A stretch of 64,000 bases of DNA, taken from Cyanophora paradoxa CCMP329. Taxonomy: Eukaryota; Plantae; Glaucophyta. The notes under the pieces are model-generated. The model saw only the letters and a program-made list of their open reading frames with translations, made no database searches and was not told where the DNA came from. Every line of letters starts with the position of its first letter. Within the stretch, counting starts at the first letter, position 1. Location of the stretch: NCBI GenBank assembly GCA_004431415.1, contig QPMI01000167.1, forward strand, positions 161,222 to 225,221, given 5' to 3'. Of this stretch, positions 25,594-35,789 are shown piece after piece. Both the position numbers and the translations under genes were made by a program.

Positions 25594-25778
25594 AAGTCCT
25601 TGACATTATATCGATGTATGGGGCTTCTTCAGCCCGTGTCCGCGGCATGCCTCGAGCACTAGCTTCTAGGTTCCTCTCGTCGTGTGGGCGTGTTCCTCTC
25701 GAAACGGCAGACTATCCTCGTTCCGCGTAGACAAATGATGTCTGCTGCGTAGACACGTGATGTTCTTATGTAGATATC

Positions 25779-25890
25779 TGCATTTCAGACGCGACCAACG
25801 ACATCTGGACTAGCCTAGTAGCTGTTTGACTAGCAGCAAGTCGCCGGTCGACTAGGCACGTCGACTTCGAGTTCGAAATCGAAACCGAGC
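25779..25890 (+). repeat. Short dispersed repeat, inverted copy at ~46730-46875
   Basis: tgcatttcagac.cgaccaacgacatctggactagcctagtagc...gccggtcga is shared with the reverse complement of 46795-46875. Confidence 0.8.
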
Positions 25891-26145
25891 GGCCGACTCG
25901 GCGAAACCGAAATCCGATGATCGAAGTATATTTGTATTGAGACACCGGGCTGAATATCAAAAGAGCAATGGTGCAGGCCTTGCACATGCCCGAGGGGAAG
26001 GACTGCTGCCCGAGAGGATCAAAATCCTAACGAGCCCCGGCCCGGAGACCGGTACCGGGCCTCCCCCGCTCCCCATGGGGATCGCAAAAGGAGGAGCCGC
26101 ATCGCATCGCTTCAGAAGCTATCAATGCACAGCAGCAGCAGAGGC

Positions 26146-26880
26146 TCACGCCCCCTTCGCCTCCCCAGACGCTGTTTGCTGGAATGCCGCACCAACCAGG
26201 CCCCGCAGAAGGAAGAGCGGCCGCTCATCGCTCGCGTCGCTTTCGGACAGGGCGCGGAGCGCAGTCACAGCCGCTGGAGCGCCCCGCATCATGTTCTCCC
26301 GCTGCGCCGATCAGAAGAAGCCACGCCGGCCCAGCGGCGCCTGCTCGGAGGAAGCGGAGGACGCACCGCTTGTTGCAACTGTGACGCTTGGTGCTCCACG
26401 TTGGCGAGGCGATCTTCGATCTCGGATTTCTCGGCGCGACGTCCTCGGACGTCGTAGTACCACTTGCCGCCGAGAAGGAATCCGCAGAGCACGATAAATA
26501 GATCTGCGTGATGCTCGAGCCTGGCGCGGGCTCAAGTTGGGTGCGGACTGCGAACACCTAGGTAGTTCTTCCTCAGCGCCTTCCGCTGCTCTGCTTGGAG
26601 ATCCTCCATCCGGGCTTTAACTACTGGATGCCTCTCCATAGACTGCGAGATCTCGCGCTGGAGCTGCCCGAGCTCCCTGCGCATGGGTCAGAAGCACGCG
26701 GCATGCAAGCAGCACGTGTACAGCAACGAACTCCTGAGTCATGCCACGCGCATTAACGGCATCCATTGCTTCCCGGATCATGTCCGCTTGCGCCTTGTCG
26801 GTCGCGCTGGCGGCGGACCGTCTCGCCGCGGACGCGACGGCGGGCCGAGCGCGCGGCAGCACCCAGAGGGCGGATTGCAT
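26146..26880 (-). CDS. Hypothetical mitochondrial single-pass membrane/coiled-coil protein
   Basis: Arg/Ala presequence MQSALWVLPRARPAVASAARRSAAS, TM-like DLFIVLCGFLLGGKWYY, coiled coil KSEIEDRLANVEHQASQLQQA, and canonical introns. Confidence 0.5.
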
Positions 26881-27289
26881 GGCTTAGCTGCGCTGCGGGG
26901 CTGTGGTGCCTGTAGCGGGAGGCGAGGCCGCTGAGGCAATGGAGGGCGTCGGAGGGCCGTCGGAGGGCGTCAGGGCCGGTGAGTTCGCGGTGACTCTCGC
27001 CGGTGAGGCGAAAAGGGGTAAAATTCGAGCGGCCGGAGGCCGGGGGAGAGTCGGAGGGCGTCGGAGGGCGGAGGGCGTCGGAGGGCGGACTCCGGCGCGT
27101 GAGGGGTACGCGCACAGCTTGTGGGCGGATTCTGCTTCTTCGGGCGCACCTTAGCTTAGCTTAACGCAGCTTAACTCAGAACGCAGCCATTTGTTCAACG
27201 CAGCAGCTAAGAGAGACGACCGACGAGCGACCGACGCGCCGTCATCCGTCCGCCTACCGACGCGTCACCAACGCGCCGCCGCGCGTGCG

Positions 27290-29056
27290 ATGTCGAAGCT
27301 GCCGTGCTTCGTTGTGGGAAGCGCGTACATTGTCTCCGCGGCGCCGTCCTGGACGAGCGCCGGGTGCGCATCGCGCGGCTCAGCCGAGCTGCCTGGCTGC
27401 GGAGATCGTCGGTAAAGCTCATGCGTTGCGTTGATGCAGGTCGCTGCGCGCGTCGCTGCGCGGCGGCCGGGCGGCGAGGTGTGCGGCTGCGGTCGAAAAC
27501 CCAGCGTTCAAACCAATGCCGTCAAGCCGTCGCGTCTTCAGAATCCGGGCCCCGGATCCTGCTCAGCGGTCCTTTCACATCGTTGCGGAGACGCCCACTC
27601 GACGAGAGGAACCTGCGCCTTCAGCGCTCGATGCTCCCTTGATCGTCGACGTGGAGCCAGAGGATCAGGATACCGTCCAAGTCGCCTCTGAATTTCTAAT
27701 TGGTCCTATTCTTGCCGTTGTATTTATTTCGATGCTGGATGCGGCTGGTTTCTCATTCGTGAAAATTCTCGATAACGATTTGGCCCCAAGTCTAAGTACC
27801 GCACTAAGGTGCATGAGCCACGAACGTTCAGATTACCGAAACCCTATCCCTAACCCTTACCCTAACCTTACTCAGATTCTCTGTGGCCTCGATCGGGTTC
27901 TTGCCGTATCTCTGGAAGCACCGCAACGATATGGAGGCCTTCCTAGCAGGAGGAGAGCTTGGACTTTGGCTATTCGCAGGCTTTGCTTTCCAGAGCCTGG
28001 CTCTCGTGAGCCGGCCCCCCGCTTATGTCAGCAAACCGCTAAGTTCTGGCAGCAAACCGTTGAGGCCTCCCGATCGGCTTTCATCTCGTCTCTTGACGTC
28101 GTCATCGTACCGATGGTAGAATGGTAGCGGCTGTTATGCCCGCGCGATCTGCACGCCTTGTCCCACACTCTCCAGGCTGGTCTTCCGGTATCGCCTCGGC
28201 GTCAGGACATGGGTTGCCGCCCTCGTGGCCTGTGTGGGAGTCATCGCCCTTGAGACCGGCGGGATGCACGGGCCCGAGATAGGTGACCTTTTTTCGGTAT
28301 TAATGGCTACATGTTGGGCAATCAACTTTATCCGACTCGAGGAACACGGTCACAAGTGCGAGCCGCGTCGACGAGCCCAGTTTTACTCGCAAGCCACTTG
28401 TAACGCAAGCCAGGCATTCTGCAACGCTCTTGTCGGCGGTGGAGTTGTGTGCCACCAGTGTTCTGTGCCTAGGCTGGTTCATTGCCGGTGCGGCTCCTCT
28501 ACAATCGCTCGTGAAGAAGTGCAACGCTGAGGGGGTCCACAGAGCGGCCTGCCGTCGATCTCTCGACCATCCCCTGGTGCGCCACCTTGCTTTCCTGCTC
28601 CTGCTGGCTCATCTGTTGTGCGCAGGCCGACGGTCGCTGTGGCTGGCTTAGGACTCACAGCTTTACCAACTTGGATGTCAGGTGTGCAGGGCCCGTTGCT
28701 CTTTCTACGCTACGGGCGCGCCAGCCCTCCTACCTCAGCGCTTGACCAATGTCACAGCCGTCGCCCTCCGTACTGTGTCAGGTGCGGGGCGGGATGCCTG
28801 CTGTGGGCGTGCCGCCTGCAGGAGGCCGAGTTGGGAGGGGGCAGCGTTCGAGGCGACGGTGGTGTTGAGTCTGGAACCCCTGTGGGCCGCAGGCCTCGCC
28901 TTCGTGCTGTTAGGGGAGACCCTCGCCTCACAAGCGTACCTTGGTCTGTGTCGCCCTTTCCTATGCTGTTGCTTTGTTTGACTTCCTCCAGGGGGACTAC
29001 TTATCGTCTTGGCCTGCCTCCTCCACCACCTTATTCCCGAAACCGAGAAGAAATAG
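27290..29056 (+). CDS. EamA/DMT family transporter, probably organelle-targeted
   Basis: LAPSLSTALR|FSVASIG, GGELGLWLFAGFAFQSLAL, ASRSAFISSLDVVIVP, GDLFSVL, ATVVLSLEPLWAAGLAFVLLGE, GLLIVLACLL. Confidence 0.87.
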
Positions 29057-29390
29057 CTATAGCCTAGATACTTAGCCTATCCGCCCCCTCCACCCTCCCC
29101 CCCCCCCCCCCCTCCTACCCCTCCTTCCTCTCCCTCTCCTCCCTCCCCTCGCCTTCACCCCACACACACACACACACACCCCCTTCCTCTCCCTCTCCTC
29201 CCTCCCCTCGCCTCCCCCCCCCCCCCCCCCCCCAATTTGCCTCCCAACCCTCACATTTTCCTCCCTCCCCTGGCTGCCCCGCTTCCACAAATTGCTTCCT
29301 CGCCCCTCGCCCCCCTCTTATGCTGTTGCCGCTAAGTGCTGTGTGGCTGCTCTGTCTATGCAAAGCGTCGGCACAGCTGTACACTAGTGC

Positions 29391-29608
29391 ATACGCATGC
29401 ATATATATGGTCGACCGTCGGACATCATGATCATATATATCTATATAGGATATATATATGATCATGATCATGATGGTAACGTTTGCCAAGTTGCATCATG
29501 ATCATGATCATGATCAATTTCAGCTGCAGAGAGCTTAACTTAGTACTAGTAAGCTTGAGACTCTGAGAATTTGCAATTGCAACGTTAACTGGGCGGACCC
29601 GGGAGCTC
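29391..29608 (+). repeat. Dispersed CATGAT-rich repeat, copy 2
   Basis: Aligns to 16528-16718. Confidence 0.85.
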
Positions 29609-29683
29609 ATTACTGTCCATAGGGGGCCACACAGGGCCCGACTGGCCGAGCGTGATTACTGCACAGCAGGATTTTCTTCAGCA

Positions 29684-31638
29684 TTACTTTGAGCCGAAAA
29701 GTCGGCCGAAGAGCCCGCCTGTGCTCACGGACTTCTTGGCTAAAACAGACTCTGCGTCGACTTCCTCTGCATGGACTCGAAACATGAGAACGGGAGCTAA
29801 AAGTGATGGGAGTTGGCATGCCGGCGCGCACGCACCGCCGCGGGAAGCTCTGGATAGGACATCAGACACAGCTGGAAATGCTGGCCGCTCTTCAACTTCT
29901 GCTTTCCAGTGGGACGCTTAGCATGATTCTTCTACCAGGACTGATTTTTCGCACCAAGAACGCAGCGATATTCAGCACTTGCGCCCTCTTCGCCGTTCCC
30001 TGGTCCCACCTTTGCCGTTCGTCCGGTCAGTGATGAAAGAAAGAAACGCTGTGACGATTTCATACCAGGAGGAGGATGCGCCATGGACCTGGGTATACGC
30101 GATGCAACGCCCCCCTGAAGAATGGCCGCAGGAAATACGCTGGCTCCGCAACGGACAAAAAGCGCTCGTCGAACGCCCGCGATGGATACCCAGGCCAGCC
30201 GATGTTGCCCTTTATTTTTTCGAGTCTATCCACATCACGTTTCTTAACCAATGCAACGACGCGAGGGACACTGAGGCGCACTCCGCATTGAAGAGGATCA
30301 TTGGCTTCTTGCCTGTCTTGATCCAGAGCTTCTCGGACTGCAAAAGGTTTGAGGGATACTAGAGATGCACCCTGCGCTCTCATCCGCTCTCATCCCTAAC
30401 AGCACGGGTACAGTTAAAGCGCTGAGGTAGGAGGTCCGGCCGTGCCCGTAGCATAGAAAGAGAAAGCATCATACAGCTCGCACATTCAAGATTTCGTCAA
30501 TATTCCAAGTCGGGTTGATGACTCTGCAAGCCCGATTAATGCGACGGACGCTTTAGGTTGCAGGGGTCTGCAGGCTCAGTGGCCGGAAAAAAAAACACGA
30601 AACACGGGCGACTCACATCTGCAGCTCGTCCTGTTGATAGACAATCCCCAATAAGTGACTCATTAAGCATACAACTCGGCCTGTGAGCACCTCTGGGGCC
30701 GGCTCGCGAGACAGGGCCGAGACCTGCAGGGAGAGATCTAAGCACTACGTAGGACGTAGTGTGAAGAGCAGACGGGCTCAGTCAGTGCGAACCTTGAACG
30801 AGACGTTCCCAAAGACTCGCGATTTTGCGATGCCAGCCTCCTCTTCGTTCGGCTGCGCCAGGCACGTTTCAGGAGTCAAAGAGGGGGCGGGGCGCCTGTG
30901 TGTATGAGGGATCAGAGGTTTCTCACAAAGACGAGCCGCAAACGTCTGCCGAGAAGCTCAAACGGCGCAACGAAAATACCTAGAAGAAACTGAGAGTCAG
31001 AGTCTCGGGACGGCGATGGTAGCTCTTATAGCCTACAAGCTTAAGTTGGTGCTGGGCCGGCCTTTACGGCTGTGGTAGCTCTCGTAATGCCTTTAGTCCG
31101 ACCTCTATGTGCTGACGGGGAGCTTACGGAGGGCATCCATGTTGCCGTCGAGAATCCGGGCCACTGCCGCAAGCGTCGGCGGTTCGTAGTTGCCGTCGCC
31201 CCCCAAGGGGACGGCCTTGATCCTGCCTAGCTCTAGTAGAAAGTCTTATCGTAATCGTAATCGAGGATCCGACCCCTCAAGCCCTCGATTATGAGCATGG
31301 CCAAGCTTCAAAAAAATGCTGCGCGCACCGTCGGGGTCTTTGTCGCTGGTGACAGGGAACTGTATTTCGAGCAGATTTTTTCCGTCGTCAATCGCTTGCT
31401 TGGCAGCGACGCGGGCCTGATCGGCCGTCTCCAGAAGCGTCCGCGGAAGCCTGCTCCGTGCCGCGCCATCGGACGAAGCAGGCGGCGTCGAGTCGCACCG
31501 CACTTGAAACGACGGTGAAGTACGCCGAGCAGTCGAGCCGACGGACGGTGCAGGGGCGGTAGAGCTCCGCACTGGCTGAGCAATGATACAGCTCGAGCTT
31601 CGCCACACCGGCACGGCGCAGGCGAAGGCGGCGGCCAT
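29684..31638 (-). CDS. Plastid DUF1995 protein, LPA3 (low PSII accumulation 3)-like
   Basis: Transit peptide MAAAF..., then PRTLLETADQARVAAKQAIDDGKNLLEIQFP, RLRLVF|PNEEEAGIAKSRVFG, INPTWNIDEIL, KPMILFNAE, AYFLRPFFRGALHRVYPGPWRIL. Ends GGLFGRLFGSK*. Confidence 0.8.
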
Positions 31639-32174
31639 GTCGAGTTTGCGCCGTAGCTGGCGCTGCAGCTGGGGAAGCGAGTTGGGCTGAATGAGCTGAG
31701 CGGCCCGAGGTGAGCGGCGAAGCAGACCGTTAGGACTGCAGCACTGAGCAGTGACGAGCGTGTGTGCTCCTATTAACGCACGCAAGGCGGTTCCTTTTTT
31801 TTCGGCGCTAGCCGTTAATTGCTTCTAAGTTCATGGCTCTCATACAAATTCTTTGGCAAGAGCGCACTCGACTAGGAACGAACCAGACGAACAGGAATCG
31901 CGTTAAAAGTGTAGAGGAGGTCAATATCTCCAGACCATTTTCTCAGATCTGAAAGCGTGGCCGTCGAAAGACGCGATTGCACGTAAAACTTGAAAACAGG
32001 CCTTCACCTAAGGAATTGCTGATCGCCATGTGTGTGCGACTCGTCTGCGCCATACTCGTCTGCGACTCGTCATAGCTCGAGCAGTGTGCTGAGCTCGAGC
32101 ACTGTGCTCGAGCATTATAAGCTACGGGCGCGCGGGACCACTCCTAGACCGTCAACGCTTTAACTATACCCGAC

Positions 32175-32552
32175 GATTACGACGATTACGATTAGGGGTT
32201 AAGAAGAATTACGATCACGATTAGGGGGCTGGGAGGGCGAGCTCTGGTCCACACAAAAATTACGATCACGAAAATTACGATCACGATTAGGGGGCGCTCG
32301 CCATTAGCGACCGAGGCCAGCGATGAACTTCGGAAAAATTACGATCACGATTTATAGGGGGCTAGGGAGAATTACAAGCTGCAGCCTCCGTCGAGCTGGG
32401 GGGCTAGAGAGAATTACGATCACGATTTAGGGGGGGCTAGGGAGCTCTGTCAGATGAACAATTACGATTGCACGATCATGATCAGTACGATTATGATTAC
32501 GATCGCGATCAGGGGGCTAGGTGTGGGAGCTCTGTCAGATGAAAAATTATGA
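32175..32552 (+). repeat. Degenerate minisatellite: AATTACGATCACGATT(T)AGGGGGC units with variable spacers
   Basis: Core recurs near 32207, 32258 (partial), 32273, 32337, 32412, 32460 and 32497. Confidence 0.85.
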
Positions 32553-32825
32553 TCGGGCGGGCCGGTCGAGTCGTACGTCGACTGGAAAACTGGAAACTGT
32601 ACATGTATAGGGTTTTTCACAACACCACACGCTTCGAAGTCACTAGTACTGGACCCGAGCTCGAGACCCTTATATATTTCGTTTTCCGAGAATTAATTTT
32701 TTTAACGATCGCGATCGAACTGATCATGCCATGATGATCATGAATTCGAATTCGAATTGCGCACCTTGATCTACTAGGCTAAATCTGGAATCAGAGATCA
32801 TTTTAAAATTAAATTTTATAACACC

Positions 32826-32977
32826 TTTTTTTTTTTTAAGATCTACGGTGGGCGTGCCCACTCGTAGTACACAACGAGGATACAAGTCACGGTATCGGGA
32901 ATCACAGGGATTCGAAGTACAACGTAGCGGAAACAGCAGGAACCGAACCCGGGAATCCGGGAGGTCGTAGCACGACC
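32826..32977 (-). mobile_element. Poly(A)-tailed retro-insertion (SINE or 5'-truncated LINE), ~150 bp
   Basis: Poly-T at 32826-32837. A 10-bp direct repeat TTATAACACC at 32816-32825 and 32978-32987 forms the TSD. A stem-loop lies next to the tail. Confidence 0.8.
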
Positions 32978-33075
32978 TTATAACACCGGGACATAGGCTT
33001 TACCTTGCTTACACATTGACCCTATGCACGTAGACTGTACTGTGATATACTATGATAATCAATGAAACTTGACTC

Positions 33076-33725
33076 TCGCATTTGGACACGAATTCAAACC
33101 ACAAATCCGGGCTGCAAGTGTGGGAATGTACACAGTGCACGTGCCCGCCGTCGCCGCAGGCCCAGCCGACCAGCACTGTGGCAAGCCAACCGGCCGGGCC
33201 CTGCGTTGCCCTCTACGAGGTGGTCGCTGCTACTCGAGACTTTCGTCCACGAGGATTTTCTCATCGGTTGTGTAAGACCTCACCGCTTGCTGCAGGCCTG
33301 CCGTGAGGCTATCCAGCTCGGCTTGAAACTGGTCTGAGGGTTGGCCTTGCCGCTTCCATGCGCTCGTTCCGTGGGCAGGTGCGCCTCGGGAGCCGTGCAT
33401 CAACCGGGCATCTGCGAAGACTGAGCTGATGCACTCGAATACCAGGGCGCGGCGCACGGTTGCGCTGGAGATTGCGCGTCAGATTCGCCTGTCGAAGCTG
33501 GTTCTTCCTCACCAGCGTCTGGACATCCACCTGGCTCTCCTTGATAGCACCGAGAAGCGCTGCGTATCGCTGCGGGTTATCCGGCTTGCTGTTCATCCAG
33601 CTCTAGGCGCCGCCGCGGCTTGCTGTTCATCCAGCTCTAGGCGAGCTTCGAATTCATGCGCTCGCTCTTCTAATTCTGCTAGCTTTGCTCAATTACAACA
33701 GCAAGCTTGTCGGTGAGTACGCTAG
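33076..33725 (+). repeat. Dispersed ~650-bp repeat, copy 2
   Basis: Reverse complement of 22775-23444, with indels. Confidence 0.85.
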
Positions 33726-33826
33726 CGCTTGATCTATTTTCTGGTTTTTTGTCTTGTGGGGTACGTGCATTTTCGGCGCAAGCCGTTAATTATTGGGGAA
33801 GGGTAATACACTTCCGGATCGGCCTT

Positions 33827-34417
33827 CACAGCTCGTTTTTTTTACCGGTCGACCCAACACGGGTCGACTCGGTAATTCTCCCTAAAATTTTACCGAGTCC
33901 CTCTAAAACAGGGGGGGTAGGCTAGTGACCGGCGCGCCAGCGACCGCCGGGAGCGCGCTCCCCGGGCGCTCTGCAGCCCGTCCAGCTATGCCCCGCAACT
34001 ACCAGAGGAAGCCTGACGCCACTAAGAGCCGCGCCGGCGCCGTCGGCAACAAAGTGAAGCATGGCAAAGAGCTCACCCACGCTCCATAGCTAGCGCGCGC
34101 GGTGCATGCGCTGACTGCTCCTGCTGCTAGCGACGGCCTGCTGCTACTAGCTGCCGCCGCCCGCGCTGCGGCTATCTTTGGTCTCCTCTGGCGCTCTCTA
34201 GCTTTTTCCTCTACTAGCAGTTGTGGGTCGATGTGACCCACGGTCGCGTAATTTGCTTGATCTCTAAATCTCCTCTAGCATAAAGCGGCGTAACTTTTTA
34301 ACTCCTCTAGTTAAAATCAAGGTTTGATTCGGCCCCACAAAATTAGCCGGCCGACCCTGCGCCATACAAATCCGAGTCGACCCGTGTTGGGTCGACCGGT
34401 AAAAAAAACGAGCTGTG
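33827..34417. mobile_element. Non-autonomous DNA transposon, CAC...GTG ends, 3-bp TSD (CMC/Chapaev3-like), 591 bp
   Basis: ~45-bp TIR CACAGCTCGTTTTTTTTACCGGTCGACCCAACACGGGTCGACTCGG at both ends. TSD CTT at 33824-33826 and 34418-34420. Confidence 0.9.
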
Positions 34418-34513
34418 CTTAGCTTGGGGAAAGGAGAGGCCCTTAGGTCTCAGTCTGTGCCTGTCTTGTCAGTGGATTCAAAATGCGATTCAGGTCAGAA
34501 TTTTTGGACCTAG

Positions 34514-34754
34514 CACAACTCGTTTTTTTTACCGGTCGACCCGACACGGCCAAATATCCGGTTTCGTTAAATTCCCCTCGGGTTTTTGGAATTCCCCAGC
34601 TTTAGCTAGTGCAATCTACCCGGTAGCATGCCGGCTACAAGCGGTTGCGAGGAGACTAGCCGTTCTGCGGCGGGTGAAAAGTTATCGCGATCGCCGGCTA
34701 CCCTTGCCCATAGAATGGGCATGTCGAGTCGATTAGGAAAAAAAACGAGCTGTG
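34514..34754. mobile_element. MITE, same CACAG family, 241 bp
   Basis: Ends CACAACTCGTTTTTTTT / AAAAAAAACGAGCTGTG with TSD TAG. The interior is nearly identical to 34946-35187. Confidence 0.9.
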
Positions 34755-34945
34755 TAGGTACCCATTTTCGACCCTAGGGAGCACGATGGCGGCGCTACTT
34801 TTCAAATGTGACACCTCTAACATGCACTAACAGCACGTACGAACGAAATTGTTCGCGTCAAGCCCGATCGCCATTGGCACAAAAAGTCAATTCACCCATT
34901 CACGGACAAGCGCGATTGTCATTGGTTCCAGCTTGCTTCCCCTTC

Positions 34946-35187
34946 CACAGCTCGTTTTTTTTACCGGTCGACCCGACACGGCCGAAATCCGGTTTTTGAC
35001 CAATTTCCCCTCGGGTGTTCGGAATTCCCCGGCGCAAGCTAGTGCATTCTACCCGGTAGCTTGCCGGCTACAAGCTGTTGCGAGGAGACTAGCCGTTCTG
35101 CGACGGGTGAAAAGTTATCGCGATCGCCGGCTACCCTTGCCCATACAACGGGCATGTCGAGTCGATTAGGAAAAAAAACGAGCTGTG
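34946..35187. mobile_element. MITE, same CACAG family, 242 bp
   Basis: Ends CACAGCTCGTTTTTTTT / AAAAAAAACGAGCTGTG with TSD TTC. Confidence 0.9.
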
Positions 35188-35242
35188 TTCGCCGATGGAA
35201 ATTGCAAAGAGCCTCTGTACCCGGCTGGAAGGCTGGAGTCAC

Positions 35243-35748
35243 CAGTGTTGCTGAAATTTTATTATCCCTAAATGCCTTGTAAATTTTCAGTAAACTTTCG
35301 AAAACTTTCAGCAAATATTTTCACCCATACAAAGTTTACTTGCACAGCGAAAGTGACACGTTTCTCTGCAGAGAAGCCTCCAGACACGAGCGATATGCGT
35401 TAGGATGTCATCGAAAACCTTTGTATTACAAGTGCACGAGGTGCAGATGTATCTTTGCCGTTCTTTTCACGTTGGGGAGGGGGGTACGGTTCCTGAGAAA
35501 TGCATACTCTGGTCTCTTGACACCAGCAGAGACCGCCCGAATGTGTCCAGGCCTCCATAGTCTCGTATTTCGACGGATTTGACCCTCGTTTATGGCGTGA
35601 AACGCCCCCAGAATGGTCTCTTCAAGGGTACCCCCCTTGCAAATTTATTGAAAGTTTTCATTGCTCATTTTGGAGGTGAAAATTTACTGAAAATTTACAT
35701 GAAAATTTTCAAGTTGAAAGTTTGGAAAGTGAAAGTTTAGCATCACTG
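35243..35748. mobile_element. Non-autonomous hAT-type DNA transposon, 506 bp
   Basis: Imperfect TIR CAGTGTTGCTGAAA / CAGTGATGCTAAAC. 8-bp TSD GGAGTCAC at 35235-35242 and 35749-35756. AT-rich subterminal AAA(C/T)TTTCA repeats are in inverted orientation at the two ends. Confidence 0.88.
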
Positions 35749-35789
35749 GGAGTCACTAGGCGCTTCGCCGGCGGAATCGCCGCGCGTCG

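Noticed and set aside
29085-29300. Poly-C/poly-G tracts (also ~8660-8690, 17920-17940, 52846-52876, 59860-59946, 60626-60735, 61970-62022)
   Set aside because: These are low-complexity intronic or intergenic runs whose lengths are unreliable in sequencing. No specific function can be supported.
29652-30362. Two in-frame plus-strand ORFs separated by one TAG, suggesting an intronless pseudogene
   Set aside because: They are the antisense shadow of the DUF1995/LPA3-like gene, whose conserved motifs (ILFNAE, RVYPGPW) lie on the minus strand.
32175-32552. CRISPR array
   Set aside because: The context is eukaryotic, there are no cas genes, spacing is irregular and the spacers are mutually related. 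Kept as a minisatellite.
33827-35187. RAG/Transib recombination-signal-like ends (CACAG...)
   Set aside because: The TSDs are 3 bp, not 5 bp, and there is no heptamer-spacer-nonamer layout.
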